Assembly (NCBI GenBank): GCA_005777235.1
Contig: SXND01000007.1
Coordinates: 5,694 to 69,693 of the forward strand
Length of the DNA stretch: 64,000 bases
Source: Pseudomonadota bacterium
Lineage (GTDB): Bacteria; Tectomicrobia; Entotheonellia; Entotheonellales; Entotheonellaceae
Direction: 5' to 3'
In this document: positions 47,634 to 55,449 of the stretch, in pieces
Numbering within the stretch: the stretch's first letter is position 1
Layout: every line of letters starts with the position of its first letter
Made by a program: the position numbers and the translations under genes
The notes under the pieces: model-generated
Databases searched by the model: none
What the model was told of the DNA's origin: nothing
Seen by the model: only the letters and a program-made list of their open reading frames with translations

Positions 47634-50600
47634 ATGCGCACAGCATGGCTCGGGTTGAGCGTGTTCTATACCGCAGTCATCGTGTATGGCAGCCTTGTCC
47701 CATTCGACTACACGCCTCTCAGTGTGGCAGAAGCCTGGGAGCGCTGGCAACACCTCCAGCGCTTCGTCTTCTATTCACGTGCGGTCTGGCTGACGCATAG
47801 CCTTCGGTTCGCCCTGCTCGCCTTTCTGTGGTCCGGGGTCTGGATTGCCTCCTCGCGTCGGCGCCGCGTGCTGGTCGGCACCGTGGTCTGCAGTGCCTGC
47901 GTCGGCGGCGCCGTCGCCCTAGAGTTCGCCCAGCTCTACATACCTAGTCGTACAGTGACGCAAAACGATATTGAGGCGGGAGCCGTTGGGGCGGTGCTTG
48001 GAGTGCTCGCGTGGTGGAGCGTGGGCGCTGCTTGCCTGCGCTGCGTGTACCATCTCACCCACAATATCCAGGTCGCCCTCCGGGTTTTCTTTGTATTGTA
48101 TGGCCTGTGTTATGGTGTGGTGGCACTCTTCCCGTATGATTTCGTGCTGTCCATAGAGGAATTCCGCGCGCTGCTGGCCTATCGTCCGCTCGCAACATTC
48201 CTGCTGGGCACCAACAGTGCCGAGGGGCTACGCTATGGCCTCTCCCTCGTGCTGGAAGGGCTGGCGATGATCCCGCTCGGGGCCGTGTTCGCGCCGTCCT
48301 CTGTGCAGTCGCGTCGTGTGGGCGGGGTGTCCCTGTTCGCCATCGGTGCTGCTCTCGGGCTCGTGGTGGAGGGCGGAGACATGCTGCGGTATTCTGGCAA
48401 CGTCGCGCTGCTCTCGCTCGTGACACGTGGGTGTGGGCTCTTGGTAGGCTGTCGGGTGGCGGAGCTGTGCAAAACCATCCCGCGGCGCCCGATGCTCCAA
48501 GCGTTGGGCCCCCTGGCACGGTGGCTCATATGGCCGTATCTCCTCATGCTACTCGTGGGCAGTGATCGCGTGATGACGGCCCCTCTCTCTCTGCATGCCG
48601 TGATCACAGAGCTGAAAATCCTGCGGTTTTTTCCCTTTGCGGCCTCCCACCTGAGTCCGGCCACGCTCTCACTCAGGGACTGGGTGTGGACCGCGCTCCT
48701 GTCTCTCCCCTTTGGACTGCTGTATCGGGCCGCAGGCGCCGCATTGCCCACTGCCCAGCGCTGGTTGCTGGCGGGAGGCGTCAGTGTCGTAACCGTGTCC
48801 CTGCTGGGGATAGGGCGGTTCTTTTTCCAGAGCGTTATGGATTCCGACACGCTGCTCGTCAGCTGCGGGGCCGCGCTGGCCGGCTACGGCCTCGGTGGGT
48901 CTATCCGCCACCTCAAGCGACAGCCTGCGGTGGCTCTTTCGACTGCCACACCACCGCGTACCACACCGGCCAGCACGGGACGTGCCAGCGGTCTTATCCC
49001 ACGCTGGCAGCGTGTCCTGGCGTGTGTCTTGGTGATGCTCCTCGGCCTCTGGCTCTCGCAGTATTCCTGGCCTAGCACCGCCTGGGGACTCGGCTTGGCA
49101 GGATATGGGTTGCTGCTGGGCCGTTCTCCGTGGTTGTGGTTGCTCGTGGTTCCGGCAGTCCTGCCGGTGCTCGATGGCAGGAATCCCACCGGATGGCTGG
49201 TGGGGGACGCGCTGGATATGCTCCTGCTAACGACCATGGCGGTGAGCCTGTGGTGTACACCGCTGCGCCTGCCACCGCACGCCACGCTCGGGTTGGGTGG
49301 TCCTCTGGTGTCTTGCTGGTTACTGTCAGTACTTTGCAGTGCGCTACGGAGTATACTCACCGAGGCGCCACACCATGCCGAAGCCCTCCTGGGCTATGGC
49401 GGTCCCCTCCATGGCTGGTGGGCCTTCAAGGCCTGGATCTGGCCCTGGCTCTTCCTGCCAGGCTTGCGTGCGCTGCATGCCCAGGAGCCGGGTCTGACGT
49501 TACGACGCGTCGCACTGGGAACTGGGGTCGGACTGTTGAGCGCCTCCGTCGCGGTCTGGTGGGAACGTGCCATGTTCACAGGCTTGTGGGCGGTTGACGC
49601 CGCCTCCCGAGCCGTGGGGAGCTTCCCAGGTGTGCACACCGGTGGTGCCGCATGGGAGGCGTATCTGGTGATGAGTCTGCCGTTCCTCAGTTGGGCCTGC
49701 CTGGTGGCACAGCCCCGGTGGCGCCTCCTGGCCAGCGGCGTGGCGGTGGTGGCAGGGTACGCGCTCCTAGTGACTTTTAGCTATACGACCTATCTGGCGG
49801 CGCTTGGCGCGTGTGGTGTGCTGCTCCTCGGCTGGCCCCTGTCCGCACGCCCTGCATCTCCGCGTCCTTACGGCGCGCTGAGACGCGTGGCGGGTGGCCT
49901 CTTACTACTCCTGGTGGGGAGTCTGCTGGTCTACAGCCCCGAACGGCTCCAGCCTGTGCGCCCCATGTCGGGCGACGCAGCCACACGGTGGGCGTATTGG
50001 GCGCATATCCTCTCCTTGCGCCCTCCTGATCTGCTGTCGCAGCTGGTGGGAGCCGGGCTGGGGCGTTATCCCGCGCTGCAGCTGGCGGCGCTTCCGGATG
50101 AGCGCCGTCCGGGAAGCGCCCTGCTAGTCGCCGAAGAGGGCAATACTTTCCTGCGTTTGCGTGGTGGGACCACGGCGTATATCGCGCAGTCCATTGCCGT
50201 CCAGCCGCAGGAGCGCTACTGGTTACTACTCGATGTCCGTACCTCCTCCTCCCCCACAGCTCAGCTCGGCGTGCTCGTCTGTGAGAAGCACGCCATCCAT
50301 ATCGGCACCTGTGTCTCCCAGGAGTTCGCCATAGCGCCTGCTGAAACATGGCGACGGCAGAACTTGCCTGTCGACCTTGCTTCTGTAGGGCGTCCCAGGA
50401 CCGTGTTCGGCTGGCAAGCGCCACGGTCTTTGCTCCTGATGACGCCAGAATGGGGCCAGACGCTTGAGGTCGATAATGTCCATCTGCTGGATAGTCGTGG
50501 CCGCGACCTCTTGACGAACGGCGATTTCGCCCAAGGGGGCCTCCAGTGGCATATCAGCCATGACGACACCCCCATCTGGCACATACAGCATTTCTGGGTC

Positions 50601-50897
50601 GCTCTCCTGTTCGAGCACGGCCTGCTGGGGCTCGTGACCTTTATACTGTTGCTACTGTATGTGAGTATCCGACTGGGCGTGGCGATCAGACGCGGCCACC
50701 AGTACGCCGTCATCTTCTCGGCCTCCATGCTGGCGTTCTTGGTGATTGGACTGACCGATAGCATCATTGATGCCCCACGTCCCACCATGTTTCTGGGTGT
50801 GCTGTGCATGCTGGTACTTGTCACCGGACTGCCAGCTCAGGCAGGCAGCTTGTCAGTCCCAGCGTCCAGGATCTCTCCCGAGATCCCTGAGGGCTGA
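47634..50897 (+). CDS. giant polytopic membrane protein: N-terminal VanZ-like domain plus Wzy/O-antigen-ligase-like TM region plus periplasmic jelly-roll-like insert (tentative)
   Basis: 1087 aa from ATG 47634. The VanZ-like part is VYGSLVPFDY...EFAQLYIPSRTVTQNDIEAGAVGAVLG. More than 20 hydrophobic segments follow. A soluble ~250-aa segment carries a CBM-like NGDFAQGGLQW. The C-terminal end ALLFEHGLLGLVTFILLLLY resembles O-antigen ligase ends. Confidence 0.55.
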   Translation: MRTAWLGLSVFYTAVIVYGSLVPFDYTPLSVAEAWERWQHLQRFVFYSRAVWLTHSLRFALLAFLWSGVWIASSRRRRVLVGTVVCSACVGGAVALEFAQLYIPSRTVTQNDIEAGAVGAVLGVLAWWSVGAACLRCVYHLTHNIQVALRVFFVLYGLCYGVVALFPYDFVLSIEEFRALLAYRPLATFLLGTNSAEGLRYGLSLVLEGLAMIPLGAVFAPSSVQSRRVGGVSLFAIGAALGLVVEGGDMLRYSGNVALLSLVTRGCGLLVGCRVAELCKTIPRRPMLQALGPLARWLIWPYLLMLLVGSDRVMTAPLSLHAVITELKILRFFPFAASHLSPATLSLRDWVWTALLSLPFGLLYRAAGAALPTAQRWLLAGGVSVVTVSLLGIGRFFFQSVMDSDTLLVSCGAALAGYGLGGSIRHLKRQPAVALSTATPPRTTPASTGRASGLIPRWQRVLACVLVMLLGLWLSQYSWPSTAWGLGLAGYGLLLGRSPWLWLLVVPAVLPVLDGRNPTGWLVGDALDMLLLTTMAVSLWCTPLRLPPHATLGLGGPLVSCWLLSVLCSALRSILTEAPHHAEALLGYGGPLHGWWAFKAWIWPWLFLPGLRALHAQEPGLTLRRVALGTGVGLLSASVAVWWERAMFTGLWAVDAASRAVGSFPGVHTGGAAWEAYLVMSLPFLSWACLVAQPRWRLLASGVAVVAGYALLVTFSYTTYLAALGACGVLLLGWPLSARPASPRPYGALRRVAGGLLLLLVGSLLVYSPERLQPVRPMSGDAATRWAYWAHILSLRPPDLLSQLVGAGLGRYPALQLAALPDERRPGSALLVAEEGNTFLRLRGGTTAYIAQSIAVQPQERYWLLLDVRTSSSPTAQLGVLVCEKHAIHIGTCVSQEFAIAPAETWRRQNLPVDLASVGRPRTVFGWQAPRSLLLMTPEWGQTLEVDNVHLLDSRGRDLLTNGDFAQGGLQWHISHDDTPIWHIQHFWVALLFEHGLLGLVTFILLLLYVSIRLGVAIRRGHQYAVIFSASMLAFLVIGLTDSIIDAPRPTMFLGVLCMLVLVTGLPAQAGSLSVPASRISPEIPEG

Positions 50898-51359
50898 CGT
50901 TCTATGCAGACCTTGACTGTGCTGTCTGCACAGAGCCGATTGGCGGCGGGCTGGGTGAACGCCCATGCGGCATGGCCTGTGGGCAGCCCGTCTACAGCAG
51001 ACAGCCCATCCGCAGATGGCAGGCTGGGAGCCTTACGGCGCGCTCTACCGCTGTAGACATGCGGTCCGACGGTTGGGTACTAGCTCCCAGAGGGGGAGGC
51101 CACGCCGGTCTGAGAGGCATCCTGACGGCTCCGTAGGCTTGCACCGGGACACGCCGCGCAGATATAGCATCTCTGCCGGGTTCGCACCACTGTACCGCGG
51201 AAGAAAAACACCTTAAGCAAGGCAGAACACCCTGTTGGGCGACGGACACCCAACGGGCCATTCCCCTGTCGCCTGAAGGCGACAGCCCCCTTGCCCGGCT
51301 TTCTGTGGCCACGCTCCGGGTACGCGTCGGACGCGCGCCACGCACGAGCCGCCCTCTGC

Positions 51360-51388
51360 TTGACACACTGTAGAGCCAGCCCTACACT
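51360..51388 (+). promoter_or_regulatory. candidate sigma70-type promoter (TTGACA-17 nt-TACACT)
   Basis: The -35 element TTGACA is at 51360-51365 and the -10 element TACACT is at 51383-51388, with a 17-nt spacer. It lies ~70 nt upstream of the repeat-protein ATG. Confidence 0.4.
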
Positions 51389-51459
51389 CCCCATCAGGCA
51401 GCAACACCTACCGCGCACGGTAGGGCGCACTCCACAGGCTCCGCAAAGGTGGGTACGGC

Positions 51460-52227
51460 ATGACTTCGACACGTTTGATGACACGCTGGAGTATAGGGTT
51501 TCTGGTCATGGCGCTTGGGCTAGTCGCCCTCTGGAGCATGCCGTTTTCCTCGGCCAACGCGCGCTCGCACGATCTCCAAAGCCAGGTGCGCGATCTCCTC
51601 CTGCGCGTCCGCGAACTCGAAACCAAGCTGGCCTGTGTGGGGAAAGAAGGCGACAACGTGGTGTTTGAGAAGTGCAACGTCTATATCCGCAGCGGCAGCG
51701 GTCAGACCGATGGCGAGGTGAACGGTCTGGGGAACTTGATCATCGGGTATAACGAGAGTGCCAGTGAGACGATCAAACGGAGTGGGTCACACAATCTGAT
51801 CATTGGTCCAGAACACGCCTATGCGAGTTTTGGAGGGCTGGTGGCAGGCCGTGAAAATACCCTCAGTGCCCCGCATGCCAGTGTGCTGAGTGGACGTCTC
51901 AACACCGCTAGCGGTCTCGGTGCCAGTGTGAGTGGTGGCAGCGTGAACACCGCGAGTCGTGATTTCGCCAGCGTGAGTGGCGGCAAGAATAATGAAGCGA
52001 AAGGCATCAGCGCGAGTATTAGCGGAGGCAGCAGTAACACGGCGCCTGGGGAATTTGCCAGTGTCACCGGCGGCTCAGACAACGCGGCCAACGGGTTCGC
52101 AGCCAGTGTGCAGGGTGGCTCAGGCAATGTCGCCACGGGCAACTACTCCAGCATTAGCGGGGGAAAACGACGTGATGCGAGTGGGCAGGATGCCTGGCGT
52201 GGTGGGAATTTATTAGAGCAGCATTGA
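51460..52227 (+). CDS. membrane-anchored or secreted protein with seven 15-residue A-S-[VI]-x-G-G repeats (YadA-head/tail-fibre-like beta-helix repeats)
   Basis: It has an N-terminal TM/signal (WSIGFLVMALGLVALW) and a short coiled coil (QVRDLLLRVRELETKL). The repeats are ASVLSGRLNTASGLG / ASVSGGSVNTASRDF / ASVSGGKNNEAKGIS / ASISGGSSNTAPGEF / ASVTGGSDNAANGFA / ASVQGGSGNVATGNY / SSISGGKRRDASGQD. Confidence 0.6.
   Translation: MTSTRLMTRWSIGFLVMALGLVALWSMPFSSANARSHDLQSQVRDLLLRVRELETKLACVGKEGDNVVFEKCNVYIRSGSGQTDGEVNGLGNLIIGYNESASETIKRSGSHNLIIGPEHAYASFGGLVAGRENTLSAPHASVLSGRLNTASGLGASVSGGSVNTASRDFASVSGGKNNEAKGISASISGGSSNTAPGEFASVTGGSDNAANGFAASVQGGSGNVATGNYSSISGGKRRDASGQDAWRGGNLLEQH
51877..52191 (+). 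repeat. coding tandem repeat, 7 units of 45 nt (15 aa)
   Basis: The A-S-[VI]-x-G-G motif recurs at residues 140, 155, 170, 185, 200, 215 and 230 of the 51460 ORF. The units have diverged at the nucleotide level. Confidence 0.75.
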
Positions 52228-52231
52228 GAGT

Positions 52232-52260
52232 GTGCGCAGGCCGAGCGCTACGGCCTGCGC
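52232..52260 (+). terminator. stem-loop after the repeat-protein gene (11-bp perfect stem), weak U-tract
   Basis: The structure is TGCGCAGGCCG-agcgcta-CGGCCTGCGCA, 5 nt after the stop codon. It is followed by atatgtctt. Confidence 0.45.
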
Positions 52261-52342
52261 AATATGTCTTCGCCAGTGCGTGCCTCTGGACGGTGACTGA
52301 GGGTGGTGTGGCGTCCCCAGACACGCGGTTGGCGCACAGGGC

Positions 52343-52380
52343 AGGCCACAGCGCCAGGCTTTAGCCTAGCGCTGTGGCCT
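52343..52380 (-). terminator. long stem-loop downstream of the MCP gene
   Basis: AGGCCACAGCGC pairs with GCGCTGTGGCCT, and an inner AGGCT/AGCCT pairing extends the stem. It lies ~40 nt after the MCP stop on the minus strand. There is no clear U-tract. Confidence 0.4.
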
Positions 52381-52417
52381 GTGAGAGAAGATCGGGGTCT
52401 TCCTCTGCTTCGGCCTC

Positions 52418-54589
52418 CTATCCACCATGCAGGGCGATCAATGCACCCCTTTGCGGTATCAGAGGGAGCTTGAACACCTGCACGGCACGGACCAAAAGCC
52501 CAGCATCGTCCACCAAGCGTATGGTCTGCCCGCCCTGGGCGATGAGCTGTTCGTTGGTTCTCCGCGTACTCTCAACAATTCTACCAGCGTAGTCACGCAG
52601 GGCACGACTCACCTGCGCCTGTGCCTGCGCGCCAGCGGCAATTTTGTGGACTGCGGACACCAGCGCTGCGGTACTCTGCTGGGTCTGGCGCATTTGCTCC
52701 CCAGCCTCTCCGGCTAACCGGCTGCCATCGACTACTTGGCTAATGACCATGGCCATGGTGGTCGCCGTATCCGACATCTCGGTCTGGATATTATGCACCA
52801 AATGCGTAATCTGTTCGGTAGCCTGCTGGGCAGTTTCCGCCAGCCGTTGCACTTCGTTCGCTACCACGGCAAAGCCCCGGCCTGCTTCTCCGGCCGTGGC
52901 GGCGTGCATACTGGCGTTGAGGGCCAGGATGTGCGTGCGTTCCGCAATGCTGGTGATCAAACTCACGGCTGTACCGACCTCGTGCGACCGTTCCCCCAAG
53001 AGCTTAATACGCTGTTCAGTCTCACGGATGGTATCCCGGATGCTGTGAATACCGTCCACCGTGTTGCTCACAGCGGTTAGCGCGGTTTGCGTCTGCCCAA
53101 TCGCGTCTTCCGCCGCCACGTCACAGTCCTGGGCCAGCGCAGCGATTTGCTGCATGGCGGTTGCCGCTGCGGCCAGTTGGGTCGCCGTCTGGGTGACTTG
53201 TTCCCGCTCGGCCTCAGCGAGGGCACGCACTGTATCGCCCTGCACCTGCACCTCTTGTGAGGTAGTAGCCACACGGCCAGCAATGTGGACCACCGTGGTC
53301 AGCACCCCGGCCATCTCTTCGGCTAATTGGTTGAGCGCGTCCGCCACAGGCCCCGTGGCGTCTTCTGTCATAGGAATCTGCACCGTGAGATCGCGCTCAC
53401 ACAGCTGATGCACGGCATACAGCAAGCCAGTGACGGCGTCGTTGAGGGCCTCGTTCTCCTGCTCAGCTTCCGCAAGACGAGCCGCGCGCTCGGCTTCATA
53501 GAGAGCGCGCCCATCCAAAAGGCTATCGAAGGCGTCTCCCAAGGTCGCCAGTTCATCACGCCCTCGTATCTTGGTCCGGACTTCTCTGTCGCCAGCGATG
53601 ACGCGAGAGACGATGTGCTGCAGATAAAGTAACCGACGCCTGAGGGATGACCCCACTAACCCGAGCGACAGGATAAGCAGCACGGCAACCGAGACCAACG
53701 CCACCCCAAAGACCCGATGAATCTGGGTAATCCGTATGGACCCGTGCTGGCGGTTTTCTTCCATAGCTTGCAGGGTCATAGAGCCAAGGGAGGACAGCAG
53801 CGGGGCGGCAAAGCGTTGTTGCTGGTGCAATTTAGCGAGTGAGCGCTCCCGTTGTTTGACGCGTTCCGCTAGACGCAGGAAAGCCTCGTGATACGCATCA
53901 AGCCTGTGCACGAGCTGCGTTTTCTCTGCCTCAGTCGCGTGCCCGGCCTGCACGGCATCACTCAACGTCTTTTTCGCCGCTGACAAGTTCCCGGCTTGGA
54001 TAGCTTTACCTTGGAGCATGAACTCGCTCTCATACTGTTGTACGGTCACCCAGAGTTCGTGCAGCGCTGTCGCCTCTTGACGCTGACCACTGACCGGCGC
54101 TCCCAGCGTAGGCAACGCTTGCTCCACCGCCGTGGCCGCCTGACGTACGGTGCCGCGTAGGCCACTCTCTGCATCGAGGCCAATGGCGATCGTATAGCCG
54201 ATGGTCTCCTGCGCCGCACGTTGAAAGGCGCTGACCGCTGCAGTAAGCTCTAGGCTCCGCGCGCGCGTTTGCTCGGTCAGCGCCAACCGCTCAAGCGTCG
54301 CAGAAGCCATATAAGCTTCGGACATCGTGGTCGTGAACTGGCTCATGAGCGACGGCGTGTTCTGGATGAAAAAATCTTTCAAGAGTAATTCACTCTCAAG
54401 AGTTTTCGCCCCGGCGAGAGCCGTAGAGATGGTGAACGCGTTGAGGGCTTCCGTGCGCTGTACTACCTCCTCGTGTACCTGCACGAGGCGGAAGTACGTA
54501 GCGCCGACACCGGCAAAACCCACCAGCAGGATGCCGGCAACTGCGGTGAGCTTGTGAATGATGCTCATACGTTGAAACATTGTCGTCAT
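52418..54589 (-). CDS. methyl-accepting chemotaxis protein
   Basis: 723-aa ORF with an N-terminal TM helix, a periplasmic helical sensor, a second TM helix and a HAMP domain. The highly conserved signalling hairpin reads ERTHILALNASMHAATAGEAGRGFAVVANEVQRLAE. Confidence 0.9.
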   Translation of the reverse strand: MTTMFQRMSIIHKLTAVAGILLVGFAGVGATYFRLVQVHEEVVQRTEALNAFTISTALAGAKTLESELLLKDFFIQNTPSLMSQFTTTMSEAYMASATLERLALTEQTRARSLELTAAVSAFQRAAQETIGYTIAIGLDAESGLRGTVRQAATAVEQALPTLGAPVSGQRQEATALHELWVTVQQYESEFMLQGKAIQAGNLSAAKKTLSDAVQAGHATEAEKTQLVHRLDAYHEAFLRLAERVKQRERSLAKLHQQQRFAAPLLSSLGSMTLQAMEENRQHGSIRITQIHRVFGVALVSVAVLLILSLGLVGSSLRRRLLYLQHIVSRVIAGDREVRTKIRGRDELATLGDAFDSLLDGRALYEAERAARLAEAEQENEALNDAVTGLLYAVHQLCERDLTVQIPMTEDATGPVADALNQLAEEMAGVLTTVVHIAGRVATTSQEVQVQGDTVRALAEAEREQVTQTATQLAAAATAMQQIAALAQDCDVAAEDAIGQTQTALTAVSNTVDGIHSIRDTIRETEQRIKLLGERSHEVGTAVSLITSIAERTHILALNASMHAATAGEAGRGFAVVANEVQRLAETAQQATEQITHLVHNIQTEMSDTATTMAMVISQVVDGSRLAGEAGEQMRQTQQSTAALVSAVHKIAAGAQAQAQVSRALRDYAGRIVESTRRTNEQLIAQGGQTIRLVDDAGLLVRAVQVFKLPLIPQRGALIALHGG

Positions 54590-54661
54590 GACACTACACC
54601 TTCTTCTCGCTTACCGTCATGTCCCGCCCATGCTACCCCGGCGACGGGGAGCACACGCCCC

Positions 54662-55030
54662 TTAGCCCAAGATTGTGAGTTGATCGAGGATCTCTTGTGT
54701 CGTATACGGTTTTGTCACGTACCCCTTAGCCCCCTGCATCTGCGCCCAGAGGCGATGCACCTTCTGTGTCTTACCCGTTACAAAAACTACCGGAATCTCT
54801 TTCGTGGCGCTGTGGTGGCCCAACTGACGACAGGTACGAAAGCCGTCCTGCCCTGGCATCATGATGTCGAGGAAAATTAAATCGGGTTTTTCCAGCATCG
54901 CCTTATCGAGCGCCTCCTGACCACTGGTGGCCGTCACCACCAGATATCCGGCGTCGGTCACAATGTTGGACATGTTCGTCAAATCGGTGAGAGAATCGTC
55001 AACCACGAGGACTTTTTTCATCACCATCAT
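54662..55030 (-). CDS. single-domain CheY-like response regulator
   Basis: Contains KKVLVVDDS, the phospho-acceptor region DLIFLDIMMPGQDG and KP near the C-terminus. The start is taken at ATG 55030, after GAGGAG; the track ORF extends to 55057. Confidence 0.85.
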   Translation of the reverse strand: MMVMKKVLVVDDSLTDLTNMSNIVTDAGYLVVTATSGQEALDKAMLEKPDLIFLDIMMPGQDGFRTCRQLGHHSATKEIPVVFVTGKTQKVHRLWAQMQGAKGYVTKPYTTQEILDQLTILG

Positions 55031-55074
55031 TGCTCTCCTCATTCGGTAACTTCGCACGTCCTACTGGCCCTGTT

Positions 55075-55385
55075 AGGAAAGGGCTAAGAACTAGCACATT
55101 GGTAGAATATTTACTACTTCCAAACCCGCAATTTTATGCCCGAATTGTTACCTCATAGATCACTTTCTTTACGTGATGTGTTCTTGTCTTAATGTTGTAT
55201 CGGATTTTTATGAGAAATCTTAACATAAAAAGTAACATTTTCATACGACTTCTCACACCTTTCTGCTTTCCTCATTGGAGGGATGATAGTCAGTATGAGA
55301 AAAGGGAGAATCGTTAGTAGAAGAATGTCATTTATGATTCTTACTATTCTGTAATTATAGGGCATATTATCGCCGCCCCAAACTA
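55075..55385. other. AT-rich islet (~36% G+C by my manual count over 55081-55380) in a GC-rich background
   Basis: I counted bases directly in five 60-nt lines and found 108 G+C out of 300. It lies in the divergent intergenic region between the CheY-like gene and the oxidoreductase gene. Confidence 0.85.
55189..55365 (-). CDS. possible small hydrophobic protein (58 aa) encoded in the AT-rich islet
   Basis: The peptide is MPYNYRIVRIINDILLLTILPFLILTIIPPMRKAERCEKSYENVTFYVKISHKNPIQH. This is the terminal part of a track ORF whose upstream part is antisense to the next gene. It has one clear TM segment and no convincing SD. Confidence 0.25.
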   Translation of the reverse strand: MPYNYRIVRIINDILLLTILPFLILTIIPPMRKAERCEKSYENVTFYVKISHKNPIQH

Positions 55386-55449
55386 TAGCGCATGGTGCCA
55401 GGGTGTGGTATACACGACGTAAGTTTCTCACTGCTGAAGGAGAAGAGCG

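Noticed and set aside
51095-51150. TPP-riboswitch-like fragments (GGGG...CUGAGA...CCUGA...GUAGG).
   Set aside because: It lacks the ACCC pairing partner and the UAAU/GCG core of the THI-box, and no thiamine-related gene lies downstream.
51415-51459. c-di-GMP-I (GEMM)-like CGCAAAGG segment just upstream of the repeat-protein start.
   Set aside because: Only one short conserved block is present. The first hairpin with the GGCAAACC/GNRA tetraloop architecture is missing. The sequence is better explained as the SD region.
50898-51459. RNase P RNA, tmRNA, SRP RNA or 6S RNA in the long spacer.
   Set aside because: None of the universally conserved blocks I know is present on either strand. These blocks are GGAAAGUCCGG / ACAGAACCCGGCUUA for RNase P, a tRNA-like GGGG...UCCACCA end plus tag ORF for tmRNA, and GGAAGCAGCCA for SRP. 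The region is kept only as an unexplained spacer.
51877-52191. Regular 45-nt periodicity as a possible CRISPR or other non-coding repeat array.
   Set aside because: The periodicity is at the protein level, inside a continuous ORF. The units have diverged at the nucleotide level and there are no unique spacers. It is a coding tandem repeat.
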